A DNA stretch of 64,000 nt, from contig CAVTMK010000002.1 of the NCBI GenBank assembly GCA_963735805.1, positions 1,344,001 to 1,408,000 of the forward strand, read 5' to 3'. This document shows, in pieces, positions 41,878 to 52,135 of the stretch. How positions within the stretch are numbered: the stretch's first letter is position 1; every line of letters begins with the position of its first letter. Made by a program: the position numbers and the translations under genes. A model generated the notes under the pieces. It searched no databases. It had not been told where the DNA came from and saw nothing but the letters and a program-made list of their open reading frames with translations. This stretch comes from an uncultured Verrucomicrobiae bacterium (GTDB lineage: Bacteria > Verrucomicrobiota > Verrucomicrobiia > Chthoniobacterales > UBA10450).

Positions 41878-42321
41878 ATGATCACTAATCTTTTAATCGG
41901 CTCGGGCCTGGTTGCGATAACTGTAATAATTCACGCCATGGGCCTCGGCATTGTGTTAAGCCACGTGTTGCACTCCAGCGCGCGACCGGATACACGCTTC
42001 TGGCCAATTGCATGGCTGTTGATTCGCATCGCGTGGTTCCTGATTGTCATTCACTTCCTTGAGATCGCCGTCTGGGCGCTGTTTTTCTGGTCGTATAAAT
42101 GTCTGCCCGACCTCGAGTCGTCGTTCTATTTTTCCGGTGTTACCTACGCCACGATCGGTTACGGGGACTTGGTACTGCCAAAAGAATGGCGACTATTCGG
42201 GCCAGTTGAGGGATTGACTGGCATTCTGATGTGCGGGCTCTCGACGGCATTCTTCTTCGTTATAGTGAGCAAAAATATTCTTCAACGCATGGACGATGTT
42301 GACCCAAATCTGACTGCGTGA
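41878..42321 (+). CDS. Two-TM potassium channel (Ion_trans_2)
   Basis: Pore motif 'YFSGVTYATIGYGD'. Confidence 0.9.
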   Translation: MITNLLIGSGLVAITVIIHAMGLGIVLSHVLHSSARPDTRFWPIAWLLIRIAWFLIVIHFLEIAVWALFFWSYKCLPDLESSFYFSGVTYATIGYGDLVLPKEWRLFGPVEGLTGILMCGLSTAFFFVIVSKNILQRMDDVDPNLTA

Positions 42322-42974
42322 AAATGCGATCTGATCCGGCGGGTTCGCCAAACCGAGAGCCACAGGAAAAAAAGAGATGGGTTGAGCCCGTCACGGCTTT
42401 GCTGATGGCGCTGGCGACACTCAGCACGGCATGGTGCTCGTATCAGTCAGCGGCCTTCACTCGAAAGAGCAATCGGCTGATGAATGAATTTAACTCGCTG
42501 GAGCGCCGTGCGAGTCTGCACACGATGCAAGGGATGCAGCAGGCGACGATTCACGTTGCGATGTTCATGGAATTGCTGGCGGCGCAGCAGGCCGGCAACG
42601 AAAAGCTGGCGAACTTTTACGTCGAACGTTTTCCGCCCGATGTGCGCAAGGCTTACGACGCATGGCTGGCGCAGAAGCCTTTTGAAAATCCGAAGGCCGA
42701 TCCGCACCCTTTCGTGCCGAACCTCTACGAAGTGCGGGGAACGCGCGAGGCCGCCGAGGCCAACGCTAAGGCTGCAAGCAGCCTGCAGGCATCGCGCAAC
42801 GCCAGCAGCGTTTCCGGGCAATACCTCGCGAACACTGTTTTGTTTGCCACAGTGCTTTTCTTCGCCAGTGCCTCGGGAAAGTTCGAGCAGCGCAGGGTGC
42901 GTGTCGTCGCATTCGCCTTTGCGGTGGCAGTTTTCCTATTTGCGGTTGTGCGGACAGCCATGCTCCCGCAGTGA
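42318..42974 (+). CDS. Hypothetical membrane protein (DUF4337-like)
   Basis: 'LATLSTAWCSYQS'; three TM segments; overlaps the upstream stop. Confidence 0.65.
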   Translation: MKMRSDPAGSPNREPQEKKRWVEPVTALLMALATLSTAWCSYQSAAFTRKSNRLMNEFNSLERRASLHTMQGMQQATIHVAMFMELLAAQQAGNEKLANFYVERFPPDVRKAYDAWLAQKPFENPKADPHPFVPNLYEVRGTREAAEANAKAASSLQASRNASSVSGQYLANTVLFATVLFFASASGKFEQRRVRVVAFAFAVAVFLFAVVRTAMLPQ

Positions 42975-43046
42975 AGGCATGTGTGAGCCCGCACCGACGT
43001 AAGACCGACGTCCGATTGGCACGTAATCTCATATGGCTCCGATGCA

Positions 43047-43883
43047 ATGAATCTCCTTGTTCCGACCACTGTCCTGCTGTTGATGGTCTCCGTCGGGATG
43101 AGCCTGAATTGGACTCAGTTCCGAGCGAGGTGGCGGAGCTTTACCCTTGCGACTTGGGGGAAACTACTGGTGGCAACATTCATCGTCCCACCGATCATCG
43201 CGCTTGGGCTTGGAACTTTGCTGCCACTGAATCGAGGGGCGTTGATCGGTTTGTTCCTAATCGCGGTCGCGCCCGGTGCGCCGCTCATGACTCGTAGCGT
43301 AGCAAAGCGTGGCTTCGACATGGAATTGGCCGCCAGCTATCAGCTTTGGGGGGCGTTTCTCACTCCTATCATGATTCCGCTGCTTATCGCCGCGGCGGGA
43401 TGGCTTTACGGGCGCAATATCTGGGTGTCACCGGCTAAAGTGTTAGCGGTCATTGCGACGCAGCAGTTTGTCCCACTGCTCATCGGCGTGGCGTTGATGT
43501 ATTTCGCACCGGAGTTCTCGACAAAAGTACGGAGCGCACTCAACGTGATCGGGAACGCCTTGCTGATGGTGACGTTGATCGTCCTGCTTGTGAAAATGGG
43601 GCCAACGCTAACGGAGATCAGTCCGTGGGTAGTCATCGCCGTGTTGCTGCTCGCAGTTGGCTGTATAGCTACGAGTTTTGCCATCCTCACCGGTGCAACA
43701 GTCATGACTAAGACACTCGTGGTCTGCAACGTGAATCGGCACGTTGGCCTCGCTCTGCTCCTTTCCGGCACCTACTTCCGCAACCAGAAAGCCCTCCCGG
43801 CTATCGCCGCTTATGCGCTTGCAGCGCAACTTATGATATGGCTCTACGCAAAACTGGCGAGGTACCGTCCGATTGCCACGTAA
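43047..43883 (+). CDS. Bile acid:sodium symporter (BASS)-like transporter
   Basis: 'MVSVGMSL', 'AVAPGAPL', 'NRHVGLAL'; about nine TM segments. Confidence 0.75.
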   Translation: MNLLVPTTVLLLMVSVGMSLNWTQFRARWRSFTLATWGKLLVATFIVPPIIALGLGTLLPLNRGALIGLFLIAVAPGAPLMTRSVAKRGFDMELAASYQLWGAFLTPIMIPLLIAAAGWLYGRNIWVSPAKVLAVIATQQFVPLLIGVALMYFAPEFSTKVRSALNVIGNALLMVTLIVLLVKMGPTLTEISPWVVIAVLLLAVGCIATSFAILTGATVMTKTLVVCNVNRHVGLALLLSGTYFRNQKALPAIAAYALAAQLMIWLYAKLARYRPIAT

Positions 43884-44042
43884 TGAAGTGCATCATATTG
43901 TGCAAATGCGGCAGCGAACGTATTTCTTTCCAGGTGGCTGGTCCGATGAGCAGCGTTGACGTTTTTGAAAAACGAAAGCAAGTAGATAAAGGGCGCGATC
44001 ACGCCGATGCAAATAAAGTACGAGCCTAACGACATCTGTGTG
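43871..44042 (+). repeat. Diverged copy of 50172..50343 (upstream region and first codons of the STAS/SEC14 gene; ATG changed to ACG)
   Basis: Shared CGTAATGAAGTGCATCATATTGTGC and TACGAGCCTAACGACATCTGTGTG. Confidence 0.85.
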
Positions 44043-44058
44043 AAACGACGATCGGCAG

Positions 44059-44210
44059 CAAGGCGTGCGCTTTGGCACGACCTTCGCGCTCCCCGTGACG
44101 CGCCATCATCCGTGAAGTTCTAAGCCATCACGGGTTATAACGCGCATCGCGACCACGATTTCAAAGTCTTCGGCATGGCGTGGCAATACCGCTGGGGAGG
44201 CGGTTACTGA
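44059..44210 (+). pseudogene. 3' remnant of a paralog of the transporter gene at 2..670
   Basis: QGVRFGTTFALP...GYNAHRDHDFKVFGMAWQYRWGGGY* versus QGIRFGATLVLP...GYNAHREHDFQAFGIAWQYRWGGGF*; contains an internal TAA. Confidence 0.85.
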
Positions 44211-44217
44211 GCGAACC

Positions 44218-44247
44218 GCCGCGCCTTGCGAGGCGCGCGGCCTTTTC
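44218..44247 (+). terminator. Probable terminator hairpin
   Basis: CGCGCCT-TGCG-AGGCGCG followed by CCTTTTCT. Confidence 0.5.
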
Positions 44248-44313
44248 TGAATGAAGGATAGACATTCGGTAAGTCTTGGTCCGGTCGCGCGTGGTGGGTA
44301 GCATGAAAAAAGC

Positions 44314-46890
44314 ATGAGCGATCTCCTGCCTCATTCGCGGCCCCCGGCGCGCCGCCGTCGTGGTTTGTGGATTTTGCTCGGCTTGGTTGTGATCGCCCTG
44401 GTCGTCGTGGTTGCCGGGTTTTTCTTCGCTAGGCGGCAAATCGGAGAGTTTTCCGCGCGCAAGCTCGGTGAGCGGCTTTTAGAGGATGGCGTTTTCATCT
44501 CTTGGAAATCCGCCGACTGGGTGCCGGGAGGAGGCGTCGAGCTGCGGGGGCTGGCTTTGTATCGCGATGCGGCGAGGCACGACCGACTCGCGCTGCTCGG
44601 CCTTGTGACGGCGAGAAGAGCCGAGTGGCTTCGCTGGGACAAGATGAACTTCAACGCGGCGGATACGCAGCTCCTGCTCGGCAGCGGAGAGGGTGAGACA
44701 AAACTGGAACACATGGACATGCTTTTGGGGATCCAGCCGGAGAAGGCGGACCTGCGGGAGTGCCATGCGCGCCTGCAGGGATTGCGCATCGAAGCGAAAT
44801 GCGCGTTTGTGGCCGCGGCTCATGCTGGAAATGCCGAGGCGGTCGCCGCATCAAGACAAGCGGCGCAGAGCGAGGGCTTGTTCCGCAATGTGAATCTCGA
44901 CTGGCTGAAATCGGTAAAGGAGTGGCTGAAGTTTCACCCGGAGAAAGATGAACCAGTGTTGAGGATGGACGCGCATTCGCTTCCGGACCGCGGCATGGAT
45001 CTCACGATGACGTTTGATGGCACGAGGTTTCAATGGCGAGGGCAGCAATGGGATTCCATGCAAGTGGCTGTGAAGATCCCCGTCGGCAGGGAGAATTCAC
45101 TGATCGACATCGATCATGTGCGTATCGGCCATGGGGGCCGGGAAGCAGAGATCGCCGGAGCATTCGATTCCGCCAGTCGTGTCATCCGCATCAGCAAGTT
45201 TGATTCGGGGATCGACGTGCTGGCACTCGCACGCGCCATGACGCCGGATGCCGTCGGGAGTTTGTCCGCGGCAAGCACCAGCGGCGCCTGGCGAGTCAGT
45301 GGTACGGGAGAGATCCCGATGGATCACGCTGCGAACTTCCGCTGGAATGGTGACATGGCACTCGATGGCGACCTCGTTTATGCGAGTGGCCAAACAAACG
45401 TCGCATTGCAGAAACCGACTTTTTCAGTGCGTGTGGAGGAGCAGGTGGTGACAATCTCCGATCTCAAGGCCGGCCTCTGGGATGGAAGTCTCGATGTGGC
45501 GAGGTTGCAGGTCCCTCTAGCCTCGAAGGAGAAGAAACTGCGATTCGAAGCGCAGCTCAAACTCGACGGCGTGCGATTGCAATCGATCATCAATATTTTT
45601 GGCGAAGCTCGGAAGCAGCCTGGGGTCGTTCCGTTGGACTGGAAGGGCGCCTGGCGAATCAGCGGTGCGGGAGAGATCCCGATGGATCGCCCTGCGAACT
45701 TCCGCTGGAATGGTGACATGGCACTCGATGGCGACCTCGTTTATGCCAGTGGCCAAACAAATATTGCATTGCAGAAGCCAACTTTTTCAGTGCGCGTGGA
45801 GGAGAAGGCGGTGACCATCTCCGATCTCAAGGCGGCCCTCTGGGATGGAAGTCTCGATGTGGCGAGATTGAAGGTTCATCTGCCCTCGAAGGAGAAGAAA
45901 CTGCGAATCGAAACGCAGCTCACACTCAACGGCGCGCGGTCGTCATCAGTCAGGAAGAGTTTTAGCGCGGGTCAGAAGCAGCCTCGTGTCGTTCGGTTGA
46001 ACTGGAAGGGCGCATGGCGAGTCAGCGCTGCGGGGGAGATTCCGGTGGATCACCCTGAGAACTTCCGCTGGAATAGCGAAATGGCGCTGGGCGGCGACCT
46101 CTTCTATGCGAGCGGCGAAACAAAGGTCGCACTGCGGCAACCGACTTTTTCAGTGCGCGAAGAGAAGCAAGTGGTGTCGATCTCGGCCTTCAAGGCGGGC
46201 CTCTGGGAGGGGAGCTTCAACGCGCCAAAGACGCTGGTCTATCTGCCTTCGGCGAAGAAGAAAGCGCGATTCGAAACGCAGTTCGCGATCAAGGACGCCC
46301 GACTGCAATCGATCATCAACAGTTTTGGCGGCGCCCAGACGGAGCCTGGTGTCGTGCAATGCGATTGGCAGGGCGGCAGTGAATTTGATCTGGCGTCGCT
46401 CGCCGGTTCAGGCGCGCTCAGCATCGGCGAGGCGGACTTCGGTCGCGTGCCAGTTGTCGGTCCACTGCACTTCGTGTTCAACATACTGGCACCGCGATTT
46501 CACACGGATGAGCCATCCACGATGACCATGAATCATCGGATGGCGGGCAGCATCCTGTATCTCGAGGATCTGAAACTCGTCAGCGAGCACGCCCGCATTC
46601 AAGCGGGCGGCAACATCGATCTCGCACGCGAATACACTCAGCTCAACGCGAGGGGGGGACTGCGGAAACTCCCGGGGCTTATCACTGTCTTGCTCACTTC
46701 GCTGCTGGAATTCAAAGGCGAAGGCCCGGTGGATAACGTGCGCTGGAGCATCAAGGGTTTCCCAGGCTTTCATCCGATCGTCAACGCCCCGAAGAAAACC
46801 ACCAGGACAGCGGACGCAGCGGAGAAGGCAGCCGACAGGGCGGTGAAGGGTTTGATCGAACTCCCCGGCAAAGTGCTTGAGGAAAAGTGA
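44314..46890 (+). CDS. AsmA-like membrane-anchored beta-rich protein with three internal 121-aa repeats
   Basis: N-terminal TM anchor, amphipathic beta strands, AsmA-like C-terminus 'LLEFKGEGPVDNVRW'. Confidence 0.65.
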   Translation: MSDLLPHSRPPARRRRGLWILLGLVVIALVVVVAGFFFARRQIGEFSARKLGERLLEDGVFISWKSADWVPGGGVELRGLALYRDAARHDRLALLGLVTARRAEWLRWDKMNFNAADTQLLLGSGEGETKLEHMDMLLGIQPEKADLRECHARLQGLRIEAKCAFVAAAHAGNAEAVAASRQAAQSEGLFRNVNLDWLKSVKEWLKFHPEKDEPVLRMDAHSLPDRGMDLTMTFDGTRFQWRGQQWDSMQVAVKIPVGRENSLIDIDHVRIGHGGREAEIAGAFDSASRVIRISKFDSGIDVLALARAMTPDAVGSLSAASTSGAWRVSGTGEIPMDHAANFRWNGDMALDGDLVYASGQTNVALQKPTFSVRVEEQVVTISDLKAGLWDGSLDVARLQVPLASKEKKLRFEAQLKLDGVRLQSIINIFGEARKQPGVVPLDWKGAWRISGAGEIPMDRPANFRWNGDMALDGDLVYASGQTNIALQKPTFSVRVEEKAVTISDLKAALWDGSLDVARLKVHLPSKEKKLRIETQLTLNGARSSSVRKSFSAGQKQPRVVRLNWKGAWRVSAAGEIPVDHPENFRWNSEMALGGDLFYASGETKVALRQPTFSVREEKQVVSISAFKAGLWEGSFNAPKTLVYLPSAKKKARFETQFAIKDARLQSIINSFGGAQTEPGVVQCDWQGGSEFDLASLAGSGALSIGEADFGRVPVVGPLHFVFNILAPRFHTDEPSTMTMNHRMAGSILYLEDLKLVSEHARIQAGGNIDLAREYTQLNARGGLRKLPGLITVLLTSLLEFKGEGPVDNVRWSIKGFPGFHPIVNAPKKTTRTADAAEKAADRAVKGLIELPGKVLEEK
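45283..46371 (+). repeat. Three tandem 363-bp coding repeats
   Basis: GAWR(V/I)S..GEIP motif starts at 45283, 45646 and 46009. Confidence 0.9.
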
Positions 46891-46955
46891 GCAGCGCCGC
46901 AATTCCCCACAGGGCAGCGGAGAAATAAGGTGTCCTCATTTTTTCATGCCTTCGG

Positions 46956-47927
46956 CTATTCGCGCCGCGCCGCGCCGCCCCGCGTCGCCTGCGGCTGCGG
47001 TGCGGTGGTGGCGCGGCCTCGTAGCGTCGCGGTGACGGGGAAGTGATCCGATGGGTAACCGCCGGACCCGCGGGTGTGGTCGATCTCTGCATCGATGGTC
47101 TGGAAATACGAACTGGCGAGAATCCAGTCCATGCGCCGTCCGCCGCGCCTGCCGGTGAAGAAATGCACCGTGCCTTCATCGCGCGTGGCGACCGGATGCG
47201 CGGCGCGAAAAACGTCGTGCAGCGAAGACGCCGTGGTTGGCTGCGGAGCGAGCAGCACGCGGTAGGGCGTGGAACCGGGACCGGTGTTGAAATCGCCGGT
47301 GACGATGCAGGGCATGGCGCCGGCGATGTGGGCGATCCGATCGCGCAGCAGCTTCGAAGATTGCGCGCGCGCCCAGGGGCTGTAGGCATCGAAGTGCGTA
47401 TTGAACCAGTAGAAGGGCGCACCGTCGGCGCGCGGCCGGAGCTTCACCCAAGTGACCATGCGTGGATAGACCTCGGCCCACCCGCGGCTGCCCGGCTTCT
47501 CCGGAGTCTTGCTGAGCCAGAAATATCCGCCATCGAGCAGCTCGAAACGGGCGGTCTTGAAAAACAGGCCGCACATTTCGCCGCACTGTTTCCCATCGTC
47601 GCGACCGACGCCGCGGAAAGTGTAGTCGCCGAGTTGTTGACGCAGATAGGCTTCCATCGAGTCCAAACCTTCCTGCGTGCCGAGCAAGTCGGCATCAAAG
47701 GCGCGGACGCGTTCCACGACGAGGTCGCGTCGCTTATCCCAGATATTGTGCCCGTCGAGGATCGTACGGACCCGGAGATTGAAGGTCATCACGCGGAGTT
47801 CATGCGCGGTTCTGAATTTGGAAATCTTAGATGCGGCGACCGATCGGTCGTCAGTGGCGCAAGCGCATGCCGGGACGAGTGCGAAGCCGGCCAAGGCGAT
47901 TCGCCGGGCCAACGATTTGGCCTTCAC
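46956..47927 (-). CDS. Endonuclease/exonuclease/phosphatase (EEP) family protein, secreted
   Basis: 'MTFNLR', 'GTQEG', 'NTHFD', 'TGDFN', 'PSDHFPV'. Confidence 0.9.
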   Translation of the reverse strand: MKAKSLARRIALAGFALVPACACATDDRSVAASKISKFRTAHELRVMTFNLRVRTILDGHNIWDKRRDLVVERVRAFDADLLGTQEGLDSMEAYLRQQLGDYTFRGVGRDDGKQCGEMCGLFFKTARFELLDGGYFWLSKTPEKPGSRGWAEVYPRMVTWVKLRPRADGAPFYWFNTHFDAYSPWARAQSSKLLRDRIAHIAGAMPCIVTGDFNTGPGSTPYRVLLAPQPTTASSLHDVFRAAHPVATRDEGTVHFFTGRRGGRRMDWILASSYFQTIDAEIDHTRGSGGYPSDHFPVTATLRGRATTAPQPQATRGGAARRE

Positions 47928-48283
47928 CGTTTGTTCTTCCTGACTTCTGCGAGGTGCGCCCGCAACCAATCGCCCGTGGGCTGAGTGTGACCGTCCGCCA
48001 ATTTCACCAGGTAGGGTTTGCCGGAGATGTAACTCTTGCTGGCAATTCCGGCGATGAAGTCATCCGTCGTCTTCACGCGGTCGCCGGCCGTGGTGAGTTT
48101 GTCGCGCAGATGCTGCGCACCCTTGGCCGCGGAATACTCCGTACCGTTGCGGATAAAGCGAACACCCGACGTCTGGACGAAAGAAATCAACTCGTCGATT
48201 TCCGCCTTCGCCTGCCGATCCAGCGCCGATCCGATCGCAGTGGTGAGGAGCAAGGTAAAGATGGAAGCGAGAAGCTGGCGCAT
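47924..48283 (-). CDS. DUF5329 (YfeK-like) protein
   Basis: 'FIRNGTEY', 'HLRDK', 'DFIAGIASKSYISGKPYLV'. Confidence 0.8.
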   Translation of the reverse strand: MRQLLASIFTLLLTTAIGSALDRQAKAEIDELISFVQTSGVRFIRNGTEYSAAKGAQHLRDKLTTAGDRVKTTDDFIAGIASKSYISGKPYLVKLADGHTQPTGDWLRAHLAEVRKNKR

Positions 48284-48312
48284 GAAATCGACGTGTCGGT
48301 TGCGCACGATGC

Positions 48313-49869
48313 TCAGAGCAGCCACTCGATCGGCAGCCAGCTTATCACCTGGGCCTTGATGCGTTTCATGAGGTCCGTGTCTGGTTCGGAGTGATAGCGC
48401 ACTTCCTTGTCGCCCTCGCGCGTCACCCAGATGAGGCGATTGCCATCGAGTTCCACGCGATACGCGTCCCGAGAGAGCTTGCGTTCGGTCTCCGTGGGCA
48501 GACGCCTCGCCAGCGTCGGACAGTCGAAGAGCACACCCATTTCCGTGTTCAGTTTGCTCGAGCGCGGATCGAGATTGTAGGAGCCGATGAAACCAATGCG
48601 GCGATCGAAGGTAAACGTCTTCGCATGCAAGCCACCAATGCTCGATCCAGCCGGTTCGCGAAAGCGCCGCTTGAGCTGGGCGCCGGCGGTCGGCTTGATC
48701 TCATAGAGTTCGACCCCGGCCTCGATTAGCCGCTTGCGGTAGAGCTGATATTTGGAGTGGACCGGCACCCCGTCCGTGGAAGCCAGCGAATTGGTAATCA
48801 CGACGACTCGCACGCCGCGCTGGCGTACACCTGCCAGAAGCTCGACGCCCTTCTTTCCCGGCACGAAGTACGGAGAGACTAGGAATAGCTCGCGCTTCGT
48901 TTGATCGATGACCTTGCGCAACTGCGGGGCGAGATGCGTCTCCGTCTTGTCGGCGGAAGTGGCCACCTTGTCCGGATGATCTTCCACGATCGTGGCCTTT
49001 CCCCAGTAGTAGGGAACGCTTCGATTCCTGATTTGTCGGGCAAATTCACTGTCGCGCAGGCTGTGCGCGTAGGGAGAAGCCTTCGCGGTTTCATTGTAGG
49101 CGATGAGTGCCGACCGCTGTGCGGCGAACTGCTCGGGCGTCGTGTTTTGTCGCGCCAGCGCGGCGATCGGAATCGCAGACTGGTTGTTCCAATAAAGATC
49201 GAATTCGTCGGACACCTCCTTCACCACGGGGCCGATGAGCACCACGTCGAGATCGGCAAAATTCATCTCCGCATGCGCCTCGAAATATTCATCGCCGATA
49301 TTGCGCCCGCCGACGATGGAGGCCTGCCCGTCGGCGGTGAACGACTTGTTGTGCATCCGCTTATTGATGCGCCCGAAGTCGGCGACCATGCCGAGCAAGC
49401 GGGGCGAACGCAGAGCCACAGGGTTGAACATCCGCACCTCGATGTTCGGATGACTGTCAATGGTGAGCAGCGTGGCGTCGGAAGGCATCGTGCCGAGATC
49501 GTCGAGCAGCAAGCGCACGCGCACGCCGCGGTCGGCCGCCCGGAACAGATGCTCAAGCAGGACTTTGCCCGCCATGTCCTTGTTCCAGATGAAATACTGC
49601 ACATCGAGGCTGCGTTGCGCCGCATCCGCCAGGGCCAGCCGCGCGGCCAAGGCCTCGCGCCCGTTCAGAAGTGTGTGGAGGCCGGACTGCCCCGGATGCG
49701 CTGCAACACGCGGACGCACCGCCGCCGCCAGCGCCGTGCCCCCGTTGTTTTTCATGGCCGTGGAAGACGGGCGCTCGCCTATCTTGGGAAGGCCTCCGCA
49801 CGCACCGAGTGAAAGCATCATCAGCAATGTGCCGACGCATTGAATCGACCGTTGGTAACCAGGAAGCAT
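48313..49869 (-). CDS. Phospholipase D (ClsC/YmdC-like) lipoprotein, intact; start uncertain
   Basis: Lipobox LGAC; two HKD motifs; close paralog of 13926..15545. Confidence 0.9.
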   Translation of the reverse strand: MLPGYQRSIQCVGTLLMMLSLGACGGLPKIGERPSSTAMKNNGGTALAAAVRPRVAAHPGQSGLHTLLNGREALAARLALADAAQRSLDVQYFIWNKDMAGKVLLEHLFRAADRGVRVRLLLDDLGTMPSDATLLTIDSHPNIEVRMFNPVALRSPRLLGMVADFGRINKRMHNKSFTADGQASIVGGRNIGDEYFEAHAEMNFADLDVVLIGPVVKEVSDEFDLYWNNQSAIPIAALARQNTTPEQFAAQRSALIAYNETAKASPYAHSLRDSEFARQIRNRSVPYYWGKATIVEDHPDKVATSADKTETHLAPQLRKVIDQTKRELFLVSPYFVPGKKGVELLAGVRQRGVRVVVITNSLASTDGVPVHSKYQLYRKRLIEAGVELYEIKPTAGAQLKRRFREPAGSSIGGLHAKTFTFDRRIGFIGSYNLDPRSSKLNTEMGVLFDCPTLARRLPTETERKLSRDAYRVELDGNRLIWVTREGDKEVRYHSEPDTDLMKRIKAQVISWLPIEWLL

Positions 49870-50301
49870 GTTCTGCCTATGCCGGTTGTTCCACATCGAC
49901 TTAGGTCTTGGCGAGATCAAAATTACTTTTGAGGACATGATCTCAGCATTTGTCGGTTCATTGTTGTGTGCATCTTTGTCTGGCGTCTCATCCCAATGGG
50001 CGCGGGACCGAAAAGCAACACGTAGAGTTGTAGCCAAACGGAAATGTTGATACTCCGCCCACCACGTTTTTTATAAAGCTTCTGACAATTCTAGCGATCT
50101 CCATTGAACTGCTCACCGCCTTGCAGGCGATGGAGAAGCCATAGTTCTGCACCAAATGCATGCGATCGTTGGATTGCCCCGTAATGAAGTGCATCATATT
50201 GTGCGAATGCGGTGGCCAACGGGTTCTCTTGGCCAATAGTTGGTTCGACAAGCAGCCGTGGCGTTTATTAAAATGAAAGCAAGCAGATAAAAGACGCGAC
50301 T

Positions 50302-50664
50302 ATGCCGGTGCAAATAAACTACGAGCCTAACGACATCTGTGTGCTGCGTATCAGCGGCATTTTGAAACGATCCGAATTTGGCGCAGAGGAAAAGGCGCTC
50401 GCCCGTCGCATCGACACCGGATTGAAACCTTGTTTGCTCGTGATTCTTGAGGAGAACTTTGAAGGGTGGGAGCGCGGCGCGGATTGGAATGATCTCGATT
50501 TTTATATCTCGCACGGGCGCAAAATTTCCAAGGTCGCCATCGTCGCTGAGCCACGTTGGGAGGCTCTCGCGCTGGCTTTTGCAGGAGCGGGAGTCCGTCG
50601 CACGCCAGTGAAGTTTTTTACGCCCAGCGAATTAGAGCAGGCGCGAAGCTGGTTAGCCGAATAA
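50302..50664 (+). CDS. STAS/SEC14 (SpoIIAA-like) protein
   Basis: 'NFEGWERGADWNDL', 'KVAIV', 'FF...LEQARSWL'. Confidence 0.85.
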   Translation: MPVQINYEPNDICVLRISGILKRSEFGAEEKALARRIDTGLKPCLLVILEENFEGWERGADWNDLDFYISHGRKISKVAIVAEPRWEALALAFAGAGVRRTPVKFFTPSELEQARSWLAE

Positions 50665-50721
50665 TTCGGCACTAAACGCGTAAGAATTCGAACTAATCGG
50701 CTCGCCTCCACTTCCAACACT

Positions 50722-51498
50722 TTATTGGAAGCGATGGCGTTCTCGCCATCGCGGAAGAAAATAGGCTAGGGGAATCCCGACAAGACTCGCGATAAGGCTG
50801 AGGAAGAAAATCAGAGCGGCATGCCTGATGAGAAAGAAAGGCGAATAGCTTTGGTACACAGCGAAACCCGCAAGGTACCTGTGCCATGGGACAACAAGTA
50901 ACAGGAGTAGCCCGACTCCCGAACAAACCAGCATCCCCAATGCGGTGTAGGTTCTAGTATTCCACCAATACGCGCTAACAATAAGGGATGTCAGGAATAT
51001 CAGTGAAAGGCACACGCCCGCTACACGACGGAACGTCGCACCCCCAATCGCGGTTGAATAGCGAAGAAGATCCTTCTCAACAAGCTTGGACAGAGCTTCA
51101 ACCCGATCCGCAGCTTCGCCGCTGACCGATACCCGGCGTGAGTAGTCGTTGAAATCTAGGGTGACAAATGAAATCGGCTTATCGGGTCGAGAATAGGTAT
51201 AACAAAACTTGAAAAGCTCCCTCGGGAACGCAACGCCGCTCGCCGTGGACAGGTGCGGTATCTCGATCTCACGTCCGCGAACCCCAAGTTTCACACTTTC
51301 TCGACCAGAATCTTGTTCTCCGGAAGGACCGTTGGCCTCAGCGATAAGTGACTGAGTCCTGAGTAAGATAGTATCTAGGTCCGCCGCCGCCAATCTCAGG
51401 GGAGGCAGATCACGGTTTTGCGAAAACTCCGAGCCCTTAGCAGGCAGCCACGTCGTCGTGAGCGATAAGCATATGCTAACAAGAACAGCTAAACGCAC
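50722..51498 (-). CDS. Hypothetical membrane protein
   Basis: Signal-like N-terminus and three C-terminal TM segments. Confidence 0.6.
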   Translation of the reverse strand: MRLAVLVSICLSLTTTWLPAKGSEFSQNRDLPPLRLAAADLDTILLRTQSLIAEANGPSGEQDSGRESVKLGVRGREIEIPHLSTASGVAFPRELFKFCYTYSRPDKPISFVTLDFNDYSRRVSVSGEAADRVEALSKLVEKDLLRYSTAIGGATFRRVAGVCLSLIFLTSLIVSAYWWNTRTYTALGMLVCSGVGLLLLLVVPWHRYLAGFAVYQSYSPFFLIRHAALIFFLSLIASLVGIPLAYFLPRWRERHRFQ

Positions 51499-51545
51499 CT
51501 TCGCATCTCCGGTTTCAGAATGTGGCAGACAAGATGGTATTATCC

Positions 51546-51998
51546 TTATGCCTTTTTTCCCTTGAAAAAGACGATCGCTGCCGCGGCAATGGCCAAAATG
51601 ATAAGTAAAATTACTGGCTGCGGCACTGTGTGCTTGGCTGGCTGAGGTTTTGGGCGGTTTGCAAACTCTATTGGAATCTTGAGTTGCGAAACAGCCACTG
51701 TTCTGGGGTCGAAACGCCACTGTGAATATGCTTGCAGCGCGGCGCCATCAAGTTGTTGGTTTCCTGTGCTCGTCAGCATCCGCCCGCCGGTGACATTGCC
51801 TGTCTGCTTGTCGATATTGACCAAAATAACGCCTTTTCCTGTGAGTCCCTGTTTTGCCCATTCGGCTCGATATGCAGGCTGCGGCGCGTAAATCGCTCTT
51901 GGCGGAGCCGGTTGTCTTACGGGATTAGCGGATTGGGCGTTTAGCGATGAAACAGAAGCAAGACTGACAACGATAGCCAGCCGCGCGGCGCGCATCAT
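51546..51998 (-). CDS. TonB C-terminal domain protein with C-terminal TM anchor
   Basis: 'PQPAY...GLTGKG', 'STGNQQLDGAALQAYSQWRFDP'. Confidence 0.8.
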   Translation of the reverse strand: MMRAARLAIVVSLASVSSLNAQSANPVRQPAPPRAIYAPQPAYRAEWAKQGLTGKGVILVNIDKQTGNVTGGRMLTSTGNQQLDGAALQAYSQWRFDPRTVAVSQLKIPIEFANRPKPQPAKHTVPQPVILLIILAIAAAAIVFFKGKKA

Positions 51999-52135
51999 AG
52001 CTGGCCATCTCCAAACCCATGGGGCTGCCGTTTCGATCTCAATCACGGCGCTGGGTGAGGACAGCTCGGCCATTCGAGCGATCGTTGAGTGCGCCTTTGG
52101 GGGGCGCACTCAGATTTATTCGTCAGACAACCCTG

